From the NCBI GenBank assembly GCA_048883045.1, contig JBHLRA010000003.1, positions 1-59,501 on the forward strand: DNA of 59,501 bases, read 5' to 3'. The number at the start of each line of letters is the position of its first letter. Positions within the stretch are counted from its first letter, which is position 1. The stretch is from Candidatus Thorarchaeota archaeon (GTDB taxonomy: Archaea; Asgardarchaeota; Lokiarchaeia; Sigyniarchaeales; SOKP01). Positions 1 to 8,291 of this stretch are shown piece after piece. The notes under the pieces are model-generated. The model had not been told where the DNA came from. It saw only the letters and a list, made by a program, of their open reading frames with translations, and ran no database searches. The position numbers were made by a program, and so were the translations under genes.

Positions 1-11
1 AGTCTGCGGTC
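1..11. repeat. Left copy of 11-nt direct terminal repeat AGTCTGCGGTC
   Basis: Bases 1..11 are identical to 59491..59501. They lie in a GC-rich island (about 55% GC over 1..70) in an otherwise AT-rich genome. GTCTGC is repeated at 2..7 and 9..14. Hairpin GTAGCC-CCA-GGCTAC at 17..31. Confidence 0.95.
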
Positions 12-137
12 TGCATGTAGCCCCAGGCTACAAAGGACCCAAAGCCCTGATAGGCAAGCGATTCCAGGTAATTGAGTATATTATAATTAAATAATATATT
101 TTGTTTTGTTTAATGTTGTTAGTTGTATAATAATTGA

Positions 138-581
138 TCATAATATTTTATTGTTATATAAAATGCATTCTGGTTCTAGTATTGGTATTATTGGTTGAAT
201 ATAATAACCAAATTTTTCAATATTATTATTATGTATACCAGTCTCTTGGCCAATAAAAAAAGTTGTATTTATTGTTGTAATATAATGAACTACTACCTTA
301 TTTTTAGTTCCATTCTTCTTAAACCAATAATATCCAGATTCAGTGGGGCATAATTCTGGTGGTATATTACAAGGTTCAGTCTTTATTGTTGATGTATCTG
401 AAGGGTATTTTTTATCATCATGTTTGTCATATTCATATAATTTCGTTCCAGGAAGTAAAAAAGTTATTTCTTTTATTTTATCTAATACATCAATATAAGA
501 TGCAGTAAGTGCTCCATTTTCATCTAATTTATCAAGTATGTTCAATAATACTATTTTTAAATTTGGACCTATTTCTATCAT
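138..581 (-). CDS. Hypothetical protein; C-terminal half is paralogous to ORF 59240..59425
   Basis: 147-aa ORF with ATG preceded by GGGAGG. Shares SGYYWF...FGYYIQPIIPI with DGYYRF...YGSYFLEPIEPI of the 61-aa ORF across the contig junction. Confidence 0.5.
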   Translation of the reverse strand: MIEIGPNLKIVLLNILDKLDENGALTASYIDVLDKIKEITFLLPGTKLYEYDKHDDKKYPSDTSTIKTEPCNIPPELCPTESGYYWFKKNGTKNKVVVHYITTINTTFFIGQETGIHNNNIEKFGYYIQPIIPILEPECILYNNKIL

Positions 582-608
582 TGTATTTACCTCCCTGGAA
601 ATATGTTA

Positions 609-962
609 TTATTGATTAAGAACTATCTGCCGCCACGCTACTAATTCATTAAATCTTCTTCCCAGTTCCAGAATTATCTTGTCATAACAATCATTGAGAT
701 AATCGATTGTATCAAAATAAAAACGTTTAAAATTAGTTATGTTCTCTTTTGCAGTGACTTCTATTATGCCATTAGGTTGAAATATTCCATAGGGTGTATT
801 TGGATTTATATTAAGCCCTGGCAAAAGTTTTGAGGTGGCCAAAACAGCTCCCTGAGGTCCATCAAATTCAAATCCACCTATAACTATGTAATCTGGGTTT
901 CCTGTTTCTTTATTTGCGAATACACCAACTACAGTGTTCAATGGGTCATGTTGAAAACTCAT
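609..962 (-). CDS. Hypothetical protein
   Basis: 117-aa ORF with ATG preceded by GGGAGG. 4-nt overlap with the upstream gene end. Confidence 0.5.
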   Translation of the reverse strand: MSFQHDPLNTVVGVFANKETGNPDYIVIGGFEFDGPQGAVLATSKLLPGLNINPNTPYGIFQPNGIIEVTAKENITNFKRFYFDTIDYLNDCYDKIILELGRRFNELVAWRQIVLNQ

Positions 963-1648
963 AATTGCACCTCCCAGCGATTATGTATATATGAGAAATA
1001 TGGTTTATACGGTTTATTAAGTTGAATCCAGGGATATTTTGAGATAATATTCCGGATAGAGATAATATATTTGAAATATTCAAGTTTATGTGATAGGGGT
1101 AATAGCAATGATGAATCTATATAGTCGTAATTGTCATTTACTGGATATATTAAATATCCATGGATAATGTCTTGTCTCGCATCATGGCCATAGTTAGGGT
1201 ATGATTTGATAATTGATAGAGTTGAGCCAGTATCCATGTCTAATTTTTTATGTCGGAAATGAGAGTGATTTAGGTAGAATTTAAAGCCTATGCGATGTTG
1301 TGTATTGTTGATATAAAGTAATACGCGATCATGAAATTTGATGTCCAGTTTTTCGAGCAATGGAAGTGAGAATTCAAGCGAAAAATTGTTGAAGATAATA
1401 TAATCGGATTTGGTTAAGTGGATCTGGGAAATTTTGTTTATGTCGTGTTTTTGGGGGATGAAATATTTAGAAATATGTTTGTTCTTTTTTGATTTTATGT
1501 TATTTTCAGGGTATATTTTCCACGACTTGTTTGATTGTCTTAGCATATTACATATCCTCAGTTGGTAAATAAAATCTTTTATGTATGAATAGTCTTGTAT
1601 CATTAATTTTTTCTTTTTCCAAGATGGATCAAGTCGTAATAAACTCAT
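959..1648 (-). CDS. Hypothetical protein (paralogue family with 1923..2327)
   Basis: 229-aa ORF. Shares HRIGFKFY / YRLGFLFH and KYPWI motifs with ORF 1923..2327. Confidence 0.55.
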   Translation of the reverse strand: MSLLRLDPSWKKKKLMIQDYSYIKDFIYQLRICNMLRQSNKSWKIYPENNIKSKKNKHISKYFIPQKHDINKISQIHLTKSDYIIFNNFSLEFSLPLLEKLDIKFHDRVLLYINNTQHRIGFKFYLNHSHFRHKKLDMDTGSTLSIIKSYPNYGHDARQDIIHGYLIYPVNDNYDYIDSSLLLPLSHKLEYFKYIISIRNIISKYPWIQLNKPYKPYFSYIHNRWEVQL

Positions 1649-1922
1649 TAATTATTATCCTCTTTTTATATATAATACTAATGACGAAATTTCTAATTTT
1701 ATCTTCTATCATTTACTATAGTTAACTATTTGTTTTTATTAATTTTTACCTATCAAAAATTAAATTTAATACAACGTTGAATCCTACCTCAGTACAAGCA
1801 TATATTACTAATATATCGAGACATGTATTAAAAAAATGCGGTCATGTTGACCGTTTGTATCTATACAAAACAGCCGTTGTGTATATACAAGAGCGTTTTG
1901 TATAAATATATATTTCACTACA

Positions 1923-2327
1923 CTAATTTGATGTATCATTTGTATATGCGTCCCTATCAAGGGTTATGAACCAAAAACTAGCTTCTTTTTTAGGTTTAAA
2001 TCGTCTTTTTTTGATATCTGGATTTTTTGATATTTTGTTTATCCAAGGATATTTTTTATTTAAGGAATATGCTGAAATAGAAAATGTATTATTTTGCCGA
2101 GTTATTTTAAATTTATGTTCCATGTCATGTTCATCATGAAATAAGAAACCAAGTCTATAATTTTTTTCGTCTATAAAACAACTAATATAACTAGACCAAT
2201 TAAGGCCTTCTTTTTCAAGCAATTTCACGAATTCATGATTGAATTTAATTTGCCACGAATTAAGTGTTATTTGTGGCTGTGTTGATCTTTTGAATTTAGC
2301 TGTTTTCCATGTAAATATTTCAAACAT
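1923..2327 (-). CDS. Hypothetical protein (paralogue family with 959..1648)
   Basis: 134-aa ORF with ATG preceded by a GGGGG-type SD. Shared motifs RLGFLF and KKYPWI. Confidence 0.55.
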   Translation of the reverse strand: MFEIFTWKTAKFKRSTQPQITLNSWQIKFNHEFVKLLEKEGLNWSSYISCFIDEKNYRLGFLFHDEHDMEHKFKITRQNNTFSISAYSLNKKYPWINKISKNPDIKKRRFKPKKEASFWFITLDRDAYTNDTSN

Positions 2328-2434
2328 ATAACCCCCAATGGTATAATATTAATATAAAAAGTAATGTTTTATTATATATGTTACATATGCTATATATTAA
2401 TATTATACCATTGTTATTAGGTTTTTACAATAAA

Positions 2435-2806
2435 TTACTTTTTAAGTTCGCGGATTTTTAAATAACCGGCGCGCTCTTTTTCTTCGGTCGATTCTGTTTC
2501 TGCATCAGCTATTATTTTTGCAGCAACACCATATGCCAAAAGATTCTGTTTGAATTTATCTTTGTTAAATGTTGTATATTCTGTGCCAGGAACATAATCA
2601 ATAACATGATTTAGAAATTGAATTCCATTGATATTGTTTGCCTGGGCATAACTTGAAATTATTGATTTTTGAGCTTCGAGCTGGGATTCAAGCTCTTTTA
2701 TAGCTGATTTAATAGTGATAAAATCCATTACAGCGGCATTTAAAGCTTTTTCTTCGGTTGCTATTGTTGTTATGTCGATTATTACTTTTTCTGATTTCTT
2801 TGGCAT
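2435..2806 (-). CDS. Hypothetical protein, predicted helical/coiled-coil
   Basis: 123-aa ORF. AAGGAG SD upstream of the ATG. Confidence 0.55.
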   Translation of the reverse strand: MPKKSEKVIIDITTIATEEKALNAAVMDFITIKSAIKELESQLEAQKSIISSYAQANNINGIQFLNHVIDYVPGTEYTTFNKDKFKQNLLAYGVAAKIIADAETESTEEKERAGYLKIRELKK

Positions 2807-2863
2807 TATTTATGCTCCTTGGTTTAATTGTTTATAGTTTGTTTATACTGTTTAGTTAATTGT

Positions 2864-3076
2864 TTATAATCTCCGTAAAACCATATGAATCCATACTTTA
2901 AATTTAAGTTTAAGAGTAGCTACCTTCCAGGGTATACACATTGCATCCGTATGGTGGCCGCATTCCACAAAACACATTTTTGTTTGTGGATGAGGTTGTG
3001 AATGTCTACAATAAAATTTTGACTCACCACAATGACGGATTGAATAAGATTTGTTACAAATGAATTTATCAATCAT
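2864..3076 (-). CDS. Small Cys/His-rich protein (possible zinc-binding)
   Basis: 70-aa ORF with 7 Cys and many His. SD GGAGAG upstream. Confidence 0.45.
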   Translation of the reverse strand: MIDKFICNKSYSIRHCGESKFYCRHSQPHPQTKMCFVECGHHTDAMCIPWKVATLKLKFKVWIHMVLRRL

Positions 3077-3155
3077 AATTTATCTCTCCAAATTAATGAT
3101 ACTAAATAAATATATATACCGATTTCTAAACCGGTGATAATGATAATTGCACAAT

Positions 3156-5801
3156 TCATTTATTTATTCCCTTCATTTCAAGCCAATTATATCCGTATTT
3201 TTGATCTACACGGACTGGAACACTTAAAGTTATTGCATTTTCCATGATAGATTTAATAATCGGTGCTACTTCCTCAATGATATCTTCTGATACATAATAT
3301 AATAAATCATCATGAATTTGCATGACTGGTTGGACAATATATTTACCCCCTTGAGTTAATTCGTCGTGCACCTCCCTTAAATCAATCATTGCTTGTTTTA
3401 TTATTTGCCCTGCTCCGGATTGCGCTGGAGCATTTACAGCTTGTCTTAGAGCTTCGTTTTTTATATATGTTAGATTTGATTTAGCTCCAGGCAATAAACG
3501 ATACCTACCACAGAAATCTTTAACTTTGCCAGTTGTCCTTGCTTCATATTGACATATCTCCATAAATCTTTTTACGCCTTTGTAAATTCTGAACCATTCA
3601 AGAATTAATTTATCACAATAATCTTCTGAAAAATTTAGGCCCTCTGCACGGAGAATATCACTTAAACCAACGCCAGAAATACCATAAATAACACCAAATC
3701 CAACACGTTTACAAGGATAACGTTCAAGCTGTGGATCAATATCTTGTTCGGATTTGTCAAAAATCCAAGATGCAGTTTTTGTATGGATGTCTTGACCGGC
3801 GTTAAAGATATCAATCATAGTTTGGTCTTGGGAATCATGTGCTGTTAATCGCATTTCAATTTGGGAGTAATCAGAAGATAATAAAATACAATTTTCTAGT
3901 GCTATAAAAGCTTTTTTAATTTTACGGCCTGTTTCGGTACGCATTGGAATTGTTTGGAGCGGGGGTTCTTGAACACTAAGACGCCCTGTAGCTGTTTTTA
4001 TTGTGTTGATTTGAGATTTTATTATATTGTTCTTATCAGCATATAAAGGGAGTTTTTCAGAATATGTTCCTTTGAGTTTTTTGAGTTCACGGTAATCTGT
4101 TATGATATTTACGATTGGGTGTTTTGTACGGATCTTGTCTAATGTGTGTGAATCTGTAGATGATGTTTTGGATTTAACTAGACCTAAATTATACAATAAC
4201 TCAGCTATTTGCTGTGTTGATGATGGGTTTATATATTTATGATCAGTATTTTGTTCTGCAGCGTACATACATTCTATTTGGAATCGTAATTCATCCATAG
4301 TCATATCAAAGTAATTGGTTAAGTCTTTCAAATATGCTACATCAATCAACATGCCATGTTGCTCTGCTGAGATAAGCCAGCGTATAATACCTAAGTCTCG
4401 GTTATATGTTTCTTCTAGCCCAGAATCGATTATACGCAATTTCAGGTAAGGATAAATTGCTAATGTTGCTGAAGCGTCACGGCAAGCATATTTTAAAGCA
4501 TCTGAAAAAGGTATGTCTGCGAGGGTAGCATCTGGCATTAGGCCTAATTTATCCTGGACCATTTTACGGCCTTCAGCTAAGCCAATATTGTGCCATCGCT
4601 TTTTTAGGTCTAAATCTGGGTTTTTGTTATAATCATTTAGTATTCTTAATACTTTTTTAGATATATTTTGAGGGCGCTTTATGTGATGTTTACCATTAGG
4701 GAGAATTTGTGGAAAAGGTTCTGGATCCGGCCAGGGATATTGTAATATCTCGCATAGGTAATTGAGAGATTTGTTGGTTTGAGCTAGCGCAATTGTATCA
4801 TCATAATCTTCCATTTTTATGTTAGCTATGCGATAAGCTAATGGTTTTAAGCCACGGGGAAGATCTTGGAGAAGATAAGCCATGATCATTGTATCTTCAA
4901 ATTTGTTGATTTTAATGCCCATAGATTCAAGGATAGGTATGTCATATTTGGCATTGTGTAAGATGATTGTTTTGTTTTTTATCCATTCATTAAATTTATT
5001 CAAAACTTGGCTATTATCAGAACGTATCATATATGCTGATTTATTATGCAGACTAAATGTTAAACACCAAGGATTATTATTTTCTGATTCTGTATCTATT
5101 GCTATTAAAGAACTATCACAATTAGGCATTAATGTTAATAGTTCCGATAATTGTCTTATTTCAAAATAATTATTATATTTCCCTGCATCATACCCCAATT
5201 CCCTGGGTATTTCATTTTTATATATCACATTTCCTAAAGCTCTATAATCACTTTCAATAAATATCATATTTCTACTTTTATCTTGGCCATGCAAGCCATA
5301 TGCTGGATGATACATTGGGATTATAATTCTGTGACCAATATGTGTATTATTAGGCAAAAAATCGCACCAAAAAGGAATTCCATGTATGGTTTCCATGTCT
5401 ATATCCCGCCCGAGAAACCATCGTGAAGCAATACGGCCTAAACAAGCTATATATTGTGTTTTGACAACTTCTAGTTCTTGTTTTAAGATATAGCTACAGC
5501 AATTAATTTCATGGTCTGTTGGATCTCTGTTTTCTGGTGGTCTACATTTACAGATATTAGTAACATATGTATTATTACGATAAATACCTATATCTTTGCT
5601 ATACCGGGTATCTTCTATTCCTGCTTTACCACAAAAAGGAATGCCTTTTTTGACTTCTGTAGCACCAGGAGCTTCACCAATTTTAATTAACTGCGCTGAT
5701 AAAGGACCATCTGGGGGAACAAATGTTTTAAATCCAGGCATATATAGGGTGCAGGATTTGCAACGTTCTAAATTTATTTGTATGTGATCGGGAATATTCA
5801 T
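3156..5801 (-). CDS. Family A DNA polymerase with 3'-5' exonuclease domain and N-terminal family-4 uracil-DNA-glycosylase-like domain
   Basis: 881 aa. UDG-like motifs: CKSC, GEAPGATE..GIPFCGKAG, CKCRPP, HPAYGL. Exo motifs: IAIDTES, HNAKYD, YACRDA. Pol A motifs: SSDYSQIEMRL, RYPCKRVGFGVIYG, QIHDDL. Confidence 0.9.
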   Translation of the reverse strand: MNIPDHIQINLERCKSCTLYMPGFKTFVPPDGPLSAQLIKIGEAPGATEVKKGIPFCGKAGIEDTRYSKDIGIYRNNTYVTNICKCRPPENRDPTDHEINCCSYILKQELEVVKTQYIACLGRIASRWFLGRDIDMETIHGIPFWCDFLPNNTHIGHRIIIPMYHPAYGLHGQDKSRNMIFIESDYRALGNVIYKNEIPRELGYDAGKYNNYFEIRQLSELLTLMPNCDSSLIAIDTESENNNPWCLTFSLHNKSAYMIRSDNSQVLNKFNEWIKNKTIILHNAKYDIPILESMGIKINKFEDTMIMAYLLQDLPRGLKPLAYRIANIKMEDYDDTIALAQTNKSLNYLCEILQYPWPDPEPFPQILPNGKHHIKRPQNISKKVLRILNDYNKNPDLDLKKRWHNIGLAEGRKMVQDKLGLMPDATLADIPFSDALKYACRDASATLAIYPYLKLRIIDSGLEETYNRDLGIIRWLISAEQHGMLIDVAYLKDLTNYFDMTMDELRFQIECMYAAEQNTDHKYINPSSTQQIAELLYNLGLVKSKTSSTDSHTLDKIRTKHPIVNIITDYRELKKLKGTYSEKLPLYADKNNIIKSQINTIKTATGRLSVQEPPLQTIPMRTETGRKIKKAFIALENCILLSSDYSQIEMRLTAHDSQDQTMIDIFNAGQDIHTKTASWIFDKSEQDIDPQLERYPCKRVGFGVIYGISGVGLSDILRAEGLNFSEDYCDKLILEWFRIYKGVKRFMEICQYEARTTGKVKDFCGRYRLLPGAKSNLTYIKNEALRQAVNAPAQSGAGQIIKQAMIDLREVHDELTQGGKYIVQPVMQIHDDLLYYVSEDIIEEVAPIIKSIMENAITLSVPVRVDQKYGYNWLEMKGINK

Positions 5802-5803
5802 TT

Positions 5804-6430
5804 CTATAACAACTCACCTAACTGAGGTTTCAAAAACTTTCTTATTTTATTAATCCTTGTCTGCACCATCTCATAACTATTATAATGATATTTCTTTGCT
5901 AAACCTTCCATGGTTATTTTCTTGCCTGAAAATCCGCAATAATCATTAAATATTAGCCAATAATGTTGGCCAAATTCTTTTATTATTATTTTTTTTAAAT
6001 TGGCTATTAATTCTTTGTTATATATTTTAGTCTCAATATCACATTCATTTAAATCTATGTGATCCGGAACACCTATATAGATAGTCCGAATATCTTTATT
6101 ATTGACTGTCATTTTTGAGACTGTTATAGGCTTAACATATTTTCCATAATATATAGCAAAACTATTAAGGATATGGCCACGGGACCAACAAATAAACCTG
6201 CCCCGTTCTGGATCAAATTTATGGATCTTATCTAATAGGTATAAATGAGCATGTGCTATAGCATCTTCACAATGATACAGAAAAAGGTTATTATGGTTAC
6301 GTTGCATGAGATAAGCTATATAACTATGAATAGATAGAATTAGTTCATGGGCAGCTTCTAATTTCTCATGTGCACCCCGCTTGAATTTTTTTATAGTTTG
6401 ATTATAATTAAAATTTTTATCATTATTCAT
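5804..6430 (-). CDS. Sigma-70 family-like transcription factor
   Basis: 208 aa. Region-2-like segment (KFDPERGRFICWSRGHILN) and a C-terminal HTH-like region-4 segment (MEGLAKKYHYNSYEMVQTRINKIRK). Confidence 0.55.
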   Translation of the reverse strand: MNNDKNFNYNQTIKKFKRGAHEKLEAAHELILSIHSYIAYLMQRNHNNLFLYHCEDAIAHAHLYLLDKIHKFDPERGRFICWSRGHILNSFAIYYGKYVKPITVSKMTVNNKDIRTIYIGVPDHIDLNECDIETKIYNKELIANLKKIIIKEFGQHYWLIFNDYCGFSGKKITMEGLAKKYHYNSYEMVQTRINKIRKFLKPQLGELL

Positions 6431-6675
6431 CGTGATATCCCAGGTTTTGTATGATTGACATAAACACTCAATTCATCTTCAGTTATTGTTAATCCTAAAG
6501 GCAACCAAAGAGAAGGAATACGTAATTGATAAGATGATATTTTTTGTTTATTTATGGTCTTAGTGGCTGTTCGACGATAATTGCCCATATGATTATGAAT
6601 TCGGCATCTGATTTGTACAGAATCAGCATGTAATTCTTTCATATTTAAGATAAAGTCGTTATGTAAAATAGTCAA
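6427..6675 (-). CDS. Hypothetical protein (TTG start)
   Basis: 82-aa ORF. The track start is TTG, preceded by GAGGAG at about 8 nt. ATGA overlap with the downstream gene. Confidence 0.4.
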   Translation of the reverse strand: MTILHNDFILNMKELHADSVQIRCRIHNHMGNYRRTATKTINKQKISSYQLRIPSLWLPLGLTITEDELSVYVNHTKPGISR

Positions 6676-6687
6676 TTATATATCTCC

Positions 6688-6876
6688 TCAGTTAATAGGT
6701 GAATGCCAAGGCTCCAGATCTTCTTTTAATTCTACAGCTAGTGACCATAATTCATTAATTAAATCTTGGGTTGTTCCTTCATTGTTTCTCAATAATTCCA
6801 TAATTTGTGCAGCTTGATTAATTTTCTCAATTGTTCCTAAGGCTGCATCAATTAATGAATTATATTTATCTGCCAT
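6688..6876 (-). CDS. Hypothetical small protein
   Basis: 62-aa ORF with ATG start. Confidence 0.45.
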   Translation of the reverse strand: MADKYNSLIDAALGTIEKINQAAQIMELLRNNEGTTQDLINELWSLAVELKEDLEPWHSPIN

Positions 6877-6878
6877 GA

Positions 6879-7037
6879 TTATACCTCATGTATCTTAGGT
6901 TTGATTATTAATGTATCAATATCTTGATATTCCCTATAACCTTGGAGATCTTTAAGACAATCATTGGTATCTTTGTAATCCCCTAGAAGATATTCACAAT
7001 GCCCATCATTAAAGATTATGTCAATATCATATAACAT
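6879..7037 (-). CDS. Hypothetical small protein (not in ORF track)
   Basis: 52-codon ORF MLYDIDIIFNDGHCEY.... Its ATG overlaps the upstream stop as TAATG. Its stop is 2 nt before the next ATG. Confidence 0.45.
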   Translation of the reverse strand: MLYDIDIIFNDGHCEYLLGDYKDTNDCLKDLQGYREYQDIDTLIIKPKIHEV

Positions 7038-7288
7038 TAGCCTAGTTTCTTTAACGTTTCAATAACACTTTTCTCACAAGCATTTCTTACAATGGCTTGA
7101 ATTTCCGCGGCAAGTTCCGTTTGTTTCCAGGTTTCATCATATTCAACTATAAGTTCACCAATTTCTGCAGCGCGGGGATCTTCATGGCCAATAAGGTATT
7201 CAATATCTTCTTTGGTATATTCGGTTGTTATGAATCGGATTTCAGAATCGCCATTGGTATATTCTATTTTTGCTTTGATTTTTGCCAT
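7037..7288 (-). CDS. Hypothetical small acidic protein
   Basis: 83-aa ORF with ATG start. Confidence 0.5.
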   Translation of the reverse strand: MAKIKAKIEYTNGDSEIRFITTEYTKEDIEYLIGHEDPRAAEIGELIVEYDETWKQTELAAEIQAIVRNACEKSVIETLKKLG

Positions 7289-7300
7289 GGGATTAATCTC

Positions 7301-7402
7301 CTATGTTACAAGTTTATAAAGTATCATCAAACATATTATGAGAATTATACTACCCCAGCCTAACCAGGCTAAAATAGCTTTTACTAATGCTGTAGGAATC
7401 AT
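7301..7402 (-). CDS. Hydrophobic micro-ORF (33 aa, one predicted TM helix)
   Basis: MIPTALVKAILAWLGWGSIILIICLMILYKLVT. AGGA upstream. Fills the gap between two genes. Confidence 0.35.
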   Translation of the reverse strand: MIPTALVKAILAWLGWGSIILIICLMILYKLVT

Positions 7403-7448
7403 ATTATATCCTTTCTTTAGTTAAATCTCTTATTCATGACGATTTGAT

Positions 7449-7799
7449 TTATATTTTAAATTCAAAAATTCTTTCTTTGAATTTAGAATTTTTATTGATT
7501 ATTGTTAACCTTATTCCAGCCTCTTTCATGGCTTTCTTAATAATTAGAAATTTTTCTACATTTAAAAAAGCTCCTTTAAACAACCAGAAATTATTGTTCG
7601 CATCTTTTGATATACTTATTCTTAGCTGTTTTAGTCCTCCATATTCTGTTTCATGAAAATATGGTCTTTCCTCAAAATATTCCTTAGGAAGGTCTTCTTC
7701 TGATAAAACATTTTCCCAATCCAAAATTTGAAAAGCTAATTCTTTTCCCTGCCCCCAAGAATGCCCAGTTATCTTTATTTTTAATATAGCTTGTTTCAT
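7449..7799 (-). CDS. Hypothetical protein
   Basis: 116-aa ORF with ATG start. Confidence 0.5.
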   Translation of the reverse strand: MKQAILKIKITGHSWGQGKELAFQILDWENVLSEEDLPKEYFEERPYFHETEYGGLKQLRISISKDANNNFWLFKGAFLNVEKFLIIKKAMKEAGIRLTIINKNSKFKERIFEFKI

Positions 7800-7816
7800 T
7801 TTGAATTTTCCTTTCT

Positions 7817-8020
7817 TTAGTTAAATCTCTTGTTCATGACAATCTGCCCCGTCGGGGTAATAGTAGCTTTTATCTCATACACAGCCAGGAAATGTTTAAT
7901 ATAATCTTCTGTAGTACATACTTTTATTGTACCATGATTCTCACAGATAATAACATCTTGTTCCGAATCATGTGCTAATTTTCGAGCTTGTACCGTGTCA
8001 ATTTCTTCACTTTGTAGCAT
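7817..8020 (-). CDS. Hypothetical small protein
   Basis: 67-aa ORF with ATG start. First gene after the non-coding stretch 8021..8234. Confidence 0.5.
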   Translation of the reverse strand: MLQSEEIDTVQARKLAHDSEQDVIICENHGTIKVCTTEDYIKHFLAVYEIKATITPTGQIVMNKRFN

Positions 8021-8234
8021 GATTATTATCTCCTTTCATTTTTGGTTTATTTCCCGCTCTATTTATATTATCGGTTATTTTGTTTATTTTCTTCATACTT
8101 ATATAATGCATGTATTATGCCATATAACTTATATACCGTTTTGTGTAATTGGTTTGCAATTCGAGCATATATCAGTTTTTCTGTTTTTATTTATGTTCAT
8201 TTTTTAAACATTACTGTTTTAAAATTTTATCAAT

Positions 8235-8270
8235 AAAAAAAAAGCGGACCAAAATTAATCAGCCCGCTTT
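8235..8270 (-). terminator. Rho-independent terminator after gene 8292..10043
   Basis: 7-bp stem AAAGCGG/CCGCTTT (8241..8247 with 8264..8270), followed on the minus strand by a run of about 9 T (A-run 8235..8243 on plus). Confidence 0.6.
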
Positions 8271-8291
8271 TAATTAATATTTCATTATATC

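Noticed and set aside
4882-5787. Plus-strand ORFs 4882..5169 and 5596..5787 antisense to the polymerase gene
   Set aside because: They are nested antisense in a gene with strong motif support and have no translation signals.
7995-8236. Plus-strand ORFs (70 and 64 aa) in the 8021..8234 gap
   Set aside because: They are Phe/Leu/Ile/Tyr-rich translations of AT-rich non-coding DNA downstream of a terminator, with no SD. The region is more plausibly a promoter or leader for the 7817..8020 operon.
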